NCBI GenBank assembly: GCA_013239625.1
Contig: MU053482.1
Coordinates: 310,001 to 341,227, forward strand
From: Lama guanicoe
Taxonomy: Eukaryota
DNA: 31,227 bases
Direction: 5' to 3'
Numbering within the stretch: position 1 is the stretch's first letter; the number at the start of each line of letters is the position of its first letter. The translations under genes were made by a program, and so were the position numbers. The notes beneath the pieces were generated by a model that was given only the letters and a program-made list of their open reading frames with translations, did not search any database and had not been told where the DNA came from. Below are positions 10,250 to 22,855 of the stretch, piece by piece.

Positions 10250-10682
10250 CACACATATCTGTATCTCAGGTGCACACATTTACCGGCTCCTGCACACACA
10301 TACGTGCACACAGACATACAAAATATACAACACATGCAAGCCCTACTACACACCTGTGCAACCACCACAAACACAAGGATGTGCACAAACAGGAACTAGC
10401 TGCACAGACAGCAGGTTTCATATACAGGTGCATTCGCATGTGCAGGGGCAAACAGACACACCATCTCCAGCCATCCACAAATGCAAACACCACATACAGA
10501 GGTGTGCACACACACACCTCTCTATTCCAGCCCCTGCCATACGTGTGTGCAGAGACCACACCCACAACGACCACCAACACGTGTGGGTACCACAGACAGT
10601 GAATACACATTCAGACACTCATACCCTGACCCCTGCCACACACAAATGCAGGCAAACGTTTCGTGCACATGCACACACACCC
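10250..10682. repeat. Degenerate CA-rich low-complexity tract (UG-rich on the APBB1 pre-mRNA)
   Basis: About 430 bp of interrupted cacaca/tgcaca/cataca. Confidence 0.85.
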
Positions 10683-10818
10683 TGCACCTGTGGCATGGCC
10701 CCTCCTCCCCGGCAGAGCCACACCGCTCCAGCCCTGCAGCCCGGCTCTTGCCTCCTCCGATGCTGCTCTCCCTGCCAGCCCCACCCCACATCATGTCCAG
10801 CCCCGTGCTGCCTCTCAC

Positions 10819-10870
10819 CTGGGCTGCTGTCCTGCAGGATGATGGCCAGGAAAATGTCCTGGGAGAACAT
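10819..10870 (-). CDS. APBB1: Coding part of an internal alternative first exon of APBB1 (short N-terminus)
   Basis: agcGCCATG; MFSQDIFLAIILQDSSP then CAG|gtgaga, phase 1, in frame with exon 3. Confidence 0.72.
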
Positions 10871-12339
10871 GGCGCTGGCTTCCAGCCCCTCCTGCCTCCA
10901 CCCTCCCTCCTCACAGCCCCTCCAGCCCAGCCAGCTGGGCTCACAGCCTGGTGCTGGGCTGCAGAGAAAAGCTCATCCCGCCCCCTTCTCACCAGGGCAG
11001 AGTGCCTGCCAGGCAAGATCCTCCCCCGCCTGGAGCTCACTAGGGAGGGGCAGGACCACCACGGAAGGGGATGGGGAGTGGGTTTGTGAGACCCTAGTCG
11101 TCCCTGCTCACACCTCTTCTTTCTGATCCTGACTCCCCTCCCCCAATCCTGAATCTCCATTCCACCTCACAGCGGTCACCTCAGTGTTACAGTCACACAA
11201 AGTCTTAGGGACACCAGGAGGCTCCCCCCCTCGGGAATACCCCAGCCACCTGGGGCCCTGCAAAGCCTAGAGCTCTCAGCACAAACAGGGTGTGGCTTCA
11301 AGGCTTCCAGGGATCCCTGCCTTCACCCAGAACCTGCCCAGCAGTTCAAGCCCAAGAGTGGGCCTCAGGGGCTGGGCCCCAGCAAGCTTGAGGCTGGGCC
11401 TGGGGCTTCCCAGCACCAACCCCCCTCACCTGCCAGGGCCCAGCCAGGCTGCAGCGTCTCCTCGGCAACCGCAGCACCAGGACCGGCTGGGAGCGCCCAG
11501 ACTGCTGACGTGCTTCCCGTTACCAGGGAAACCAGGAACCCTGACTGGTCCAAGAGGCAGCGCTGAGGGACAGGCAGTCCCCAGACCCAGGCTGCTGGGC
11601 AACCAGGCAGGAGGGCAGGGAATGGGCGTGGTTACACCCGGGTGGCTGCATACCTGATGGGAGAGTCACTGGGGCAAGGTGCCTCACCACCCTCCGCGTC
11701 CAGGTCAGGTGGGCCCACACAGGAGGTGCTCTTCTTGCCCATCCAGCCTTCTAGGTACCCACTGCTGCTTCTTCCCCCACCCCTCACCTCAGGCCCTAGG
11801 AAATTAGAATGCCTCCTCCTCCCCAGAGACCCTCCATCGCCCTCAGGCCAAACCTTCCAAGAGCACTACACCCAGGGCAGCCGTGCTCCCCAGAGCCATA
11901 CCCTTCTTCCTGAAGGGTCATACACCCCTCGAATCTGGGGACTAGTTCACCATCTTCTGACTGAGTCACACACACCAATCCATCTGCCATCCCCGTCAGC
12001 GTGCACCTTCCTGCTTCAAAGAGCTTCATCCTTCCGATCTGTCCTGGAGGGGCCGCTCTCCCCGCCCCTAACCTGACCATCTGGGAGGCCCTTCTGGAGC
12101 TTGGCACGACTCCCTCTGAGCATAGCCCCACCCGGGGCCTTTGCTTCCACAAGCACACATTTATTCAGGAATGTACACTTTAACTCCTGCGTCAATTCAT
12201 TCAGGTGCTCCCCCACGCATTCAAAGGTTCATGTATCATTCATTCATTCATCCATCCACACATGCCTTCCTGGCTAAGCCAGATGTAGTCATCCGCTAAG
12301 GAGTTAGTAATGCTCTCTCCTTTTCTCCACCCCCACGTC

Positions 12340-12972
12340 ACTGGCCTGGTCCAGACTACCGGTATTTTCACTTGGATCACTGCAACAGCCTCACAAGTGG
12401 TCTCCCTCTTCCTGTCTAGTCTCCTCCAACCTGGGCTGCACACTGCAGCCCAAATGATTGCTCCAAAATGCTAAAGTTCTCTCCAGCTGAATACTCTGTT
12501 CTCTTCACCCTCAAAAGAACCCAAATTCCTCTGCAGGGCATGTGTGCCTTAATCGCCTGCCTCTCCGCCTTACCTCTGACCACCCCCAAACCCCTGGTCT
12601 CTCTCGCCCTGCTTGGGACATGCCCCTTATTCTCTCTGAGCCCAGCCCCCTCCCCTGGATCTCCACCTGGCCTCACCCACTCCTCCCTCAGGCATCAGTG
12701 TAAAGGTGGCTTCTCAAAACTGACCCACTCCCCTCTCCCCCACCGGGTACATGGCAGCGTTGGGTGCCCCTCCTGCACCTCCCCCACCCCAGTGCTCAGA
12801 CTGCCTGTTCACTTCTGTCTCCGCTCTAGACTGCGAGTGTCACGAGGGCAGGAACATCTGTCGCCTGCAGTACGCATTCTCACATTTAGGACAAGGCCTG
12901 GCACCAAGTATGAACCCAACACAAGTAGTAAACGTCATTCACTCATCATTCATTCATTCATTCATTCATTCA
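12340..12972 (+). mobile_element. L2 fragments with adjacent (TTCA)n
   Basis: ctagactgcgagtgtcacgagggcagg...gcctggcac L2-like 3' end; cattcattcatt at about 12946-12972. Confidence 0.6.
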
Positions 12973-13659
12973 CATACATGTTTCCAATCAACAACTTTGT
13001 GGAGATCCTAGGGTAGGAAGGAGAAAATAATGTTTAATCAATTCTACTACATTCCTGCAGGAGCCCAGACCTCCTCTGTGGCCTTCCTGGTGATAACAAC
13101 ACGGTCACAAGAGAAAGCAGTGATATAGGCTGGCCCTGCACCGCTACGCTCCACTTCCACAGCCTCCAGTGGAGCGGGATCCTTCAGGATCTCTCGTCAC
13201 ACCCGCTCCCTTGCTGAGGCCGCTGCCCGCACCCAGCATTCCTTTCCCAGCTCTTCAGCAGTTCTGTCCTCCCACTCCTGGCAGGCTCACAGACCAGGCC
13301 ACAAAAGTGACCATCCAGGAGGCCCTGAGCAACCAGGTCCTCCGTTATTTGGCCTCTGACTCACACCCCCTAGGGCAGGGGTAGCAAACAAGCAACTTGC
13401 AGACGGATGCAAGCCTCAGATAGATTTTGTGTGGCCTATGTGGTGCTTTTTAGAAAGCAGAACTGGTTGTTAACATTTAGAAATTAGGATGTTTCGCATC
13501 AATATCTAGTTTTCAGTCTCCCTTGAAAAGTTACATGAACTGGGTCCATCAAGACTACACTTTTCCCTGCTCAACCCTATAAATGAGCAGCCGGAGTGGA
13601 GTAGTAGCTGTTCCCTTTAAGGAGGATCCAGGCGCTGACTATCAATGGCCACTAGAATC

Positions 13660-14440
13660 CTTCAAAAGAGAGGCAATCAGACTGTGTCTTTGACAAAAGG
13701 ACTCAACACCTATGAAGTATTTTTGCAAAAACAAAGCCCCAAAACCCTCAAATCTGAACCTGACCATGGTTCTAGAGCTCACTGCCAATTTACGGGGAAT
13801 CCAGGGGGAGAGGACCATGTTCAACACCACACAGGAGGAGTCTGCAAAATCAGGCCACAGGAAGCCCAGGACAAACAGCGCAGTGGTCTCAATTAATACA
13901 GCAACAAAACTGGGAGCAAAAATAGAGGGAGGGATCATGTATAGATCACAGGAAACTCTGAGATGTATCGACCATCAAAAAGTCTGCTCCTGTTTGGATA
14001 TTGATGCAAAGAATCAAATCAAAGGGGCAAGAGGACACTTGTTAGACAACTGGGAAATGTAAACATTGACTGGAAACTGTGATATTAAGGAATTATTGTT
14101 AAATTTCTGTAGGCATGATACTGCTATTGTGGATTTTTTGGATGAGTTTTATCTTTTGGAAATGCATGAATGATGTATACGCATGACTGGGACATTGTGC
14201 TGTACACCAGAAATTGACACATTGTAACTGATTGTACTTCACCAAAAAAAAGGAAAGAAATGCATGAGTGAACATTTACATATTTGCTTCAAAATAACCT
14301 AGGGTGGGGCCCAGGAGTAGCTTGGGGTATAGATGTAGCAAGGTTAGCCATGTGTTGCTAATTGTTGAAACTGGGTCATGGGTAAATCAGGCTCCTTATT
14401 CTATTATTTCTGTATATGCCTGAAAAGGCCCATAGTAAGC
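13660..14440 (+). mobile_element. Ancient L1M-type 3' UTR fragment, interrupted by a younger insertion
   Basis: gatattaaggaattattgttaaattt...ttgcttcaaaataa...ttgctaattgttgaaactggg, typical of old L1M 3' ends. Confidence 0.65.
14170..14256 (+). mobile_element. Younger, heavily 5'-truncated L1 3' end with A-rich tail and 11-bp target-site duplication
   Basis: gaaatgcatga at 14159-14169 and 14257-14267 flanks tgtatacgcatgactgggacattgtgctgtacaccagaaattgacacattgtaactg...caccaaaaaaaaggaaa. Confidence 0.85.
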
Positions 14441-14989
14441 TTCTGAAAGAGGGTAGCGTGCTGCTCTTGGCTCATCTGAGCCACATGCTCCCGTCAAAGG
14501 TCCCCCAGCCTGGGGTGTGGGGATGGTGCCTGCTGCCTGGTGCCAGAGGAGTCCTTCCATACACTCCAACCCGCTCCGGGCTTGCGGCTGCAGCCCTCTG
14601 CTCCTCAGTTCTGTCTGCATCTCTAAGTGACACCAGCAAATGCAGAGACCCAATTTATTTAAACGGGACACATTTAATGATCAATCCTCAGAGTGCTAAT
14701 ATCTATCCCCCCAGCCCAATGAAGCATGTTGACTCTTCCTTTGTTTCCTAACTTTTAGCCAATATCCTATTCCTGACAAAACAGCATTCTTGCAATGCCC
14801 AGCACTGTGCTCTGCACATAACACCCCTGGCCTTTCCAAACAGACCCCGGTGGGGAGGTGTTGCCTGCTACAAACTGTCCTGGGTGCACCTGGGCCCATC
14901 GTGCTGTATGCATCGGTGACAGCATAAGGCAGGGCCAAGAGCTCAGGTCCACACTTGGACCTGGTGTAGATCTCAGGACCACTGTGATC

Positions 14990-15150
14990 TCAGGCTACCT
15001 GTGACCTTGGGAAAGGGCTAAGCCTCTCTAAGTGCTCTTTTTTGTCACCAGCAGTATGGGCATAATAATGGTATCTACTTCACAACGTTATAGTGAGGAC
15101 TAAATACAGTAAGGCTGAGCACAGGGCCGGCACCTGGTAAGTGCCCCACA
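14990..15150 (+). mobile_element. MIR SINE
   Basis: ctgtgaccttgggaaagggctaagcctctct...ataataatggtatctacttcac...gtgaggactaaat. Confidence 0.75.
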
Positions 15151-15383
15151 AGCAGACCGAGTCCATAATCCATCACGGGGTGTGTGATGGGTGGGTCTGT
15201 CAACTTGTTCAAGCACTCGGAATGTAGGGACAGTTTCCTTCGGAGAGCCTGGGCATGGCCAGCTGAGGACTGGGGACACGGGCTCTGCGACTCACACCCA
15301 GGCTGGCCCTGGCCTCTGTATGCGGGGACCTACCCTCTGCCCTCCTGCCCTCCCGCATTCTCCAGTCAGTCTCCACAAGGTAC

Positions 15384-16101
15384 CTGCGTCCTCCGGGGAG
15401 CCATAGGAGGGGCTGCCCTGGGATAAGGTAGCCCAGCTGGAGTCCTCGTCACTGGCCGCACTGTTGCGCATGCCAAACAGGAGGCTGGCACTCTTGCTGG
15501 GCTCCCGGGGGCCGTCTGCAAGGGTGCGGGGCCCCAGGGGCACCTCCGTACTATCCAGGGGCTCCGGCAGCCCTGGGGGAGAAGACAAGTCCTCCTCCTC
15601 CTCCTCATCTTCATCATCCTCCTCCTCCTCGGCCTCCCCTGCCGCCTTCTCCTCTCCGTCATCGGGGCCCTGCTCATGGGCACTGATGATCAGGCCGGGT
15701 CCTCGGAGCCCTCTGTTGGCCGCGTTGTGGGCGGAGAGCTCCAGCTCAGAGTACAGGTGCATCAGACCTTTGGGGCCCAAGGGTGCTGTCTCGGGCTCCT
15801 GGCCGGCCTCCTCAGCCAGGGTCAAGGTCACGTTGCGGTTCTGGTCACGGTGAGCCGTGGCAGCCCGCCGGAGCTGGTTCTGGCCCTCCTTTAGCCACTT
15901 GGCGTTGGCAGGGCCTGGCTCGGGCCCACCACCCTCCCCCATGGCGCTGCGCAGGTCCTTGGGTCCCACAGCCGTGGCCTGCAGTTTGGCGTTGAGCAGC
16001 TGGTTGTGGGCGGCGTGCAAGGGCAGGGGCAGGCTCAGGGCGGGGCCTCCGTGGCTGTTGGCATTAATGGCCGACTGGCTCAGGGATGATGGAACAGACA
16101 T
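15384..16101 (-). CDS. APBB1: APBB1 exon 2 coding part (N-terminus and acidic cluster); exon starts at 16115 with 14 nt of 5' UTR
   Basis: cctgcag|GATCTGCCAAGGCCATG; MSVPSSLSQSAINANSHGGPALSLPLPLHAAHNQLLNAKLQ...GSPSYGSPEDA G|gtacct. Confidence 0.97.
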
Positions 16102-16889
16102 GGCCTTGGCAGATCCTGCAGGTGGGGAGGGGAGACCATGTTGAGCCTTCTGCCCCAGGCCCGTGTCCTGTATCTCCTTATCTCCCTACACTCAGCTGGC
16201 TAGCACACACTGCTGTCCTCTGAGCTATTTTCCCAGGAGAATAACTGGGCTTGACTTCCGTCCACCATCACCACCACCATTCGTTCCACCACCACTCCAC
16301 TGGCCAGGCCCAGGCCCATAGCCCACCCCATCCCCAAATCCCCAGCCCTGAGCTTCCTGGGACAGCACAGCCAGCCCCTGCTTTGCCCTCACTCCCAAAG
16401 GCTGAGACTCCACACAATGGCTCTCTGTGCATCCCCACCCCCAGCTCATCCGACTGGGGCTTACTGTGCCAGGGCCACAGCTGGTGTGGGACCGGCTCAT
16501 GTGTTCTGGACGCTGGACACTGCCTGCCCCCTTCCTCCTGCTACCCTACTATCCACAGCCCCACCACTGTGAGCTCCCGAGGCTGTGTTCCTATCATCAT
16601 AGGGACCAATCAGCCCCCAAGCCCACCCTGCACTAGGGACTGTAGGACAAGGGAGAATGAGCCACAGACCCAGCCCTCGAGGGCATGGTCCTGGGAAGGC
16701 AGGTCACAAAAGAAGGACCTTCAGCTCCAATTCATGGCTCCTTTGGCCAGCTGGAGCTGCATTTGGGTGATTGTTTCTATACAGCATCTAACCTCGGGTA
16801 CCAGTTCCTCTGCCAGCCCCTATAATGCCGGATGCCTGGGCCACCGCAGAAGCCTTTGATTGGGACCCTCCAGCCCTTCAGGTCTTTAT

Positions 16890-17175
16890 CCAAATGTCAC
16901 CTTATCAGCGAGGCCTTCCCCAAATACTCTTTTTAAAACTGCAGGCCACCATGCCCCCTCTCAGTAATCCCCAGACTCTCCCCAGCGCCTCGCACCACCT
17001 GACACGCTAATTTATCATCTAGTTTGTTTAACGATTGTCTCCTCATGACCATAATTTCAGTTCCATGGTGGTGAGGACTTTGGCTTTTTTTTTTTTAATA
17101 CAGTTTGCCTAGAGCTTAGCCCAGTGCTGACACAGAGTAAGACCTCAATAAATATTGGTTGAATCAATGTATGAA
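16890..17175 (+). mobile_element. L2 3' end fragment
   Basis: caaatgtcaccttatcagcgaggccttccc...ctcaataaatattggttgaatcaatg. Confidence 0.7.
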
Positions 17176-19849
17176 TCTCCCCTCCTACCTCCGCCAGGCC
17201 CTGTTTAACAACTCCTCTATCAGTTTCAGAAACACTTCGGTCATGTGATTGTGTCTCAACCATTGCTCCTAGTACCCACCCAAATACCACATGCCCTTCA
17301 GGTGACGGGCTCTCCTGTTCCACAGTGACAGCTCCCCGCTCCTGTCCCCTTGGACTCCCTCCTCCATCCTCAGAAGCCCTTCATGGATCACCTTCTCCAC
17401 CTATCAGACTTCCAATCCCATTTCCTTAATGATCCCACCCTCAAGGTGCCATTCCATGTCCCCATCTCCCTGACCTTCCTCTGCTGGGCTTCTCTCCTTC
17501 CCTGACCCCCACCATAAGGTACTTCATCCCTGGGGCCTCCTGGCCCCCCATCTCACAGTTGGTTCTCCCTGATCAACCACTCCTCCATTCCCTCTCATCC
17601 TGGCCCTCTTAGGCAGCCCCTCTCACACTCCCCTCCCCTCCCTGACACCCTCCCTTAGAGTTCTCCCTTCCCACTTGACCTTCCCCCCACCACACAACTC
17701 TCCCTCACCAACTGCCCCCGACACACACCTTCCTTTCTGACTCCCACTGCACAGCTCCCTCAGTTTCTCACCTGAGGGTTCTCCACCTCCCTATTCCCCC
17801 CACCGAGTCCTTCCTCTCCCTGACGCCACTGCCCCAGTTCTCCCTGCCTCCTCAGCATAGCTCTCAGCACTGAGCATAGGCTGCAGTGAGGGGTTCAGGC
17901 TGCCTGGCAAGGCTCTGCCATCTCTCGGGTGCAGCACGTGGTCCTGAGGCAGGAGCCTTCACGGGCCTTTCCATCATTTCTAGCTCCTCAGACTCTGGCA
18001 CAGTGCTATGCCTAAACGAAACGAAACGAAAGAAGGTTCCTGTCTGTGTCTGCCTCACGTGTAACTGCTGGTCTGCTTGGTACGGCTCCACCTGGGCAAT
18101 GAGAAATCTCGTGGCCACTGGTATAAGTGAGAAAAATAAACGGCTCTGCCTCTATCCAGAACCCAAGCAATCTTCCAAAAATGGAAACCGGATTGTGTCA
18201 CTCTCCAGCTCAAAAAATTAGATGGCTCACCGCTGCCTTCAGGATACGTCTGCGCTTGTCAGCAGATCACCAAGAGCCTCACTGAGCCAATCCCTATGAC
18301 CTCTCAGACCTCCTCCCCTGTCCTGCCTCCTTCACACCTTACACTCCAGCCACGTGAAGTATGGGGATTCTAGAGCACGTCACACACACACAGTCCTGGC
18401 TCTTTGTTTACACTGCTCCCTAGGCTTGGAATTCTATCTCCCCTTGTGAGAACCTCTGCTCATGTTTCAAAACTTGGCTCAGCGGTCACAGCTTCTAAGC
18501 AGTGAGTCTTTCCTGTTCAGTCCCCTCTCTCCATCCTCAGGTGTCCATTCCCTCCTCTGTGCCTCATGATACCCAGTACGGCATTCTATCAGAACACCTG
18601 ACACCGTGTCTTATTCAACTTCACACTCCCATTACCAAAAAGAGTGCACTGGGCATCTGCACAGAGTGGGCCCTTGGTCAGGAGGGAGGGGTGAGAGGAA
18701 CTAGGAACTAGGAAGCTTGGAACTAGTTGGGAAGAGACCCTGAGACAGGTGTGTGTGGCCCCATGGACTGGGGATGGCAACGGGAGTGTCAGGGAGGGTC
18801 CTGGAGAACAAAGGGTCCCTGAGAAGGGAGTAGGATGCGGCCCTAGACAGGTGAGGGCTGAGATCTAGGGAAAAGGGAGGGAAGGAGTTAGCTTAAACCG
18901 ACATCCTGGCTTAAAGGCTGTTCCTTTGCATGGCATCTCCATGAGTCCCCGTGACTCTGCCATGCTCAGAGCAGCATAGGGATGATGGGCCTTCTCTGAA
19001 GCAGGAGTGGATGGAGCCAGGTTTCTCAGCGCTCAGGCTGGGACCAACCTCCTTTGCACTTGGAGGTGTGGTCTGGGAAGGGCACAGGCACTGTGAGGCT
19101 GGGATAGAGTAAAGCCAGGGTGACTTCAGGGCACCCCTGCCCATCTGGTCACCAAGGCAGAAAGCACTGGGGGAGGAAAAGGAAGCTCTGTCGGGAGTGA
19201 GTGCTGAAGCCTGAGTGCCTAGCCCAAGCCAGAGTGGTCACCTTTTGAGGTCAAAGTATGACCAGCTGCCCAGTATCTTCAAGAAGGGGCACAACCTAAC
19301 CTCTCCCCTCTCACTGGGGTTACCCAACCCTGGAGCCTCTCAAAGGATGGAAAGAGCCACATGGATTCTGACTTAAGTCAGGGAACTGGGTGGGGCTCTC
19401 ATGGGAGGAATTAAAAGAGTGGCCACTAAGCCTAAAGGGGCTGATGTGAGACCACAGAGGCAGGTGATGAGACCTGCTCAGGGTCAGTGGTCTTCTAAAC
19501 TGATTGCTTACTATACACCAGGCACCCCCACTGGGGGGTGGGGAGAGTGATGAATAATAAAGAAATGGCTCCTCCCCACAGAGCTCACAGTCTAGTGGGG
19601 AAATAGTCATTGAATAACTTGTTGCCATGCGGTGTAATGCCAGGATCTAGCACTCTAAGCACTTTTAGTAACTCTAAGCACTTCCTGTTTGTTGAATAAA
19701 TGATTGAGTATTATGATGGGGAAAGAACAGGGCACTACAGGAGCCCAAGCCTTACTTTAGCCACGACATCCGCGAAGACCTGCCTGAGGATGTGACCTTC
19801 AAGCTGAGACAAGAACACAAATCTCCTTGGAACACTAAGCTTCACCACC

Positions 19850-21390
19850 CTTCCTTCCCAGAGGACGAGTCCCACTTCTAATTCACAGAGGGAATGGAAG
19901 CCATTAGCCCGGGAAAGTTCTCAAACACACACACTTACTCACTCGGTATCTATCCTTTTCTCTACTTCTTCCTAAAACCAACTACTTCACCTGTCATTTA
20001 AATCCTTCCTTTCATGCCTCCTTCCAGAAATTTAATGCCACTGTTTATCCATTTTCTCTTTTATCTAATCAATTTCTCCTCTGGGATCCACTATCTCCAG
20101 CTTAAATATAGACTCTTTCTCAACCCGACTCTCCTCCAGTGCCACTTGCTGCTCGATCTCTTTGCTCCCCTAACATGCAAAATCCTTGAAAGTGTTTTCT
20201 TCACTCACTGTTGCCATTTCCCCACCTGGCTCTCACTCCTCAACTCTTTCCTGCTTCCACTCCCAATACACCTCAGTAACAGCTCCTACCGAGGTCACCG
20301 TGACCTCTGTGCCATTTAATCCAACAGACCCTTGGAGTCCTCATCTTGGTTGTAGTCCCAGCAGCATCTGACACCATGGGCCTCTCATGGGCTTCCACAC
20401 ACCACATCTCCTGGTTTCTTCCTACATTGTAGTTACTGTCTGGTGGTTTCTTACTCTCCTCTGCTGCCTCATTTTCCTCCGCCAGCCATTACATGTTGGA
20501 GTTTCTCACGGTTTGTTCTTACACCCTTTTCTCTTTCTCATGCCCCTGGCTTCAGTTACCACCTACACACTGATGATTTCCAAAAGTACACCGCCATTTC
20601 AGACCCCTCATTTGAGCTCCAGACATATACATTCAACTTTCTACTCAACATCTCCACTTGGATATCACAAAGGCCTCTCAAACCAATATACTCATTCATG
20701 GTTCTCTCTCCCACAGCCTAACTGGTCCTCTTTCAGGATCCTGGCTCATGGGGTGACATGACCACCCATCCTGGTGTGTAAACCAGAAGTAGAGGTACCA
20801 TTCCTGAAACTATCTTTTCTCTCACTCCCTACACCCAATTCTGGATTTGATTTACTCTCCATGTCCACTACTGTCAACAGTCCACACCAAGGACAAAGAC
20901 CTTAAGATCAAAATTCTTAACATGGCCTAAATAGTCTGGCCTGTACCCTCCTCTCCAGCTTTGGCACTCTGCTATCCAGCCTTACTGGCCTTCTTTTGAT
21001 TCGAAGACATCATGCTCTCTCCTTCCACAAGGTGTTTGCACATGACTCCCCTTCTGCCTAGAACCTCTTTCCCCTACCCTCTCAGCCTAACTCCTCTTCA
21101 TCCTTTACCTCTTAGTTCAAAATGTCATGTTCTCAGAGGAGCCTTCCTTGACCTATCTCCCTACCTCCAGACCAGTTTAGCTTGTGCTCTTATGTGTTCT
21201 TAAAGCACCATCCATCTTTCCCTTCATAGTACCTACTACATTTGTAATTTTATTCTTATCTGATTTCCCCCTTAGACTGTCAGCTCCATGGGGACAAGGA
21301 CCCAGTCTCTTTTGCTCATAATTAAATCTTCAGTGCCTAACAATACCTGGTATATATTAGGTGCTCAAAGCATATGTTGAATGAATAAAT
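19850..21390 (+). mobile_element. Long degraded L2 LINE
   Basis: cacactgatgatttccaaa..., ttagactgtcagctccatggggacaaggacc...ggtgctcaaagcatatgttgaatgaataaat. Confidence 0.75.
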
Positions 21391-21479
21391 GATGAGATAG
21401 ATGTGCTTTTTTTTAAGGAAAATACTATGTTAAAGTATTAATGGGGGATAGATAAGAGGGTATGCTATCAGAGCAGTCA

Positions 21480-22250
21480 AGGGAAAAAGGGGGTGTGTGG
21501 TCTAGATTATGTTTGGCAGCAGTCGGTGGGATGGAGTGAAATGAATGGATTTGAAAAATACTTAGGTAGTGGGTGCGAAAGAACTTGGTGACATAGACGT
21601 GGAGGGTGGGAGAGAGAAGTTAATCTAGAATGCTGCCCAGGACTCCAGCTTCGGTAATTGATTAAACAGTAGCCATTTCTGAGAGCTGAAGGAGGAACAG
21701 GTTTGGAAGAATGGCAGAGAGGGAGCATAGGGAGGGTCACACAGCTTGGGGTCTGGAAGCGTTGAAGTCCTGCTGGACTTCCAAGGGGCTATCATGAGAC
21801 CAGGTGGATACTGAGTCTGGAGTTCAGGAAAGAGATCTGGGCGAGATATTTAAATCTGGTAACCATATATATGTGAAACCTGAAGACTTGAGGGTGATTA
21901 AAATATGAGGAGGAAGTGCAGAATGAGGGAAGATAGCCAGGAAAGAATCAAGAGCCTCCCAACATCTAAAGGGTGGGGAAGGAGGTCGCAAATCAGACTG
22001 AGAAGGCGCAGACAGTGCTGCAGGAGAGAAGCCAGGAAAACGTTTCAAGGAGGGTTGACACACACCACTGATAGTACGGAAATGTAAAGGGGCTAACAGG
22101 GAAGTGCCCATTGGAGTTGGTCTACGGTGACCTTGGCTTGAGCAGTTTTGTGGGTGCCAGAGGCAGAAGATCGAATGAAGCCGTTTTAAGAATGAATAGG
22201 AAATGAGGAAATAAAAGACAGCAAGTGTAGACGAGGCTTTAAGGAGTGGA
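21480..22250 (-). mobile_element. L2 fragment, opposite orientation
   Basis: G/A-rich; gagtctggagttcaggaaagagatctgggcgagatatt...ggtgaccttgg..gagcagttt. Confidence 0.65.
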
Positions 22251-22855
22251 GAGAGCTAGGACTTTGCTGGAGGGGCTGGGAAAGCAAGAAACCCACAGGC
22301 AGATTCAAAATAGGCTGGGGATACCTTCTGAACCGGCGGTGGGAAAACGGCTCTAAATGAGCGTTCCTGCGAGTGCTAGGCCTCCGGGCTGAGCTGGGGA
22401 CACAGCCGGCCCCAGGGCACACCCCTCGGTCGCGGAGGGCAACAGAATGCGGCTTGACAGATTCCAGGCCTAGGGCCCTGCAGGAATCCGTGTGATCTCT
22501 CTGCCTACCTCACCCCACGTCCCCTTCCCAGTCCTTGGCCTCCCCTCCCCCATCCCCTAGCCCCCATCCCCCACCTCCTAAGGCCCCTGCTTCCATCCCC
22601 TATTTTCGTTCCCTATTCATCCCGGAGGGGCAGGAGGTAAAGGTCGGGGAGGGGACGGTGTGAGGACCGAAGTGGAGTCTACAAGGGGTGGGGTGGGCTG
22701 GGGTGGGGTGACAGAAGGGCGGTCAGAATACGCGGTGGGAGGGCCGCCCGAGGGATGGGGCCTGGCCGGGGGATCAGGGCTGCTGCAGAGTCCGCCCGCC
22801 GCTGGGGGTCCGGATCCGACCGCCCGGGCTGGGCCCCGACAGGGGCAGCTCCTAC

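Noticed and set aside
10228..11160. Stack of long ORFs (up to 256 aa) rich in H/T/C/V
   Set aside because: Low-complexity CA/TG and GC-rich sequence lacks stop codons in several frames; no recognisable domain
13642..14062. ORFs of 83-116 aa inside the L1-like region
   Set aside because: They lie in degraded L1 3' UTR-type sequence with no ORF1 or reverse-transcriptase motifs
15464..16144. Antisense and alternate-frame ORFs over APBB1 exon 2, including a poly-Ser ORF
   Set aside because: Shadows of the GC-rich, Glu/Asp-coding exon
19850..22250. Oppositely oriented L2 fragments in intron 1 as a dsRNA or editing substrate
   Set aside because: Copies are ancient and diverged; I could not see extended complementarity by eye
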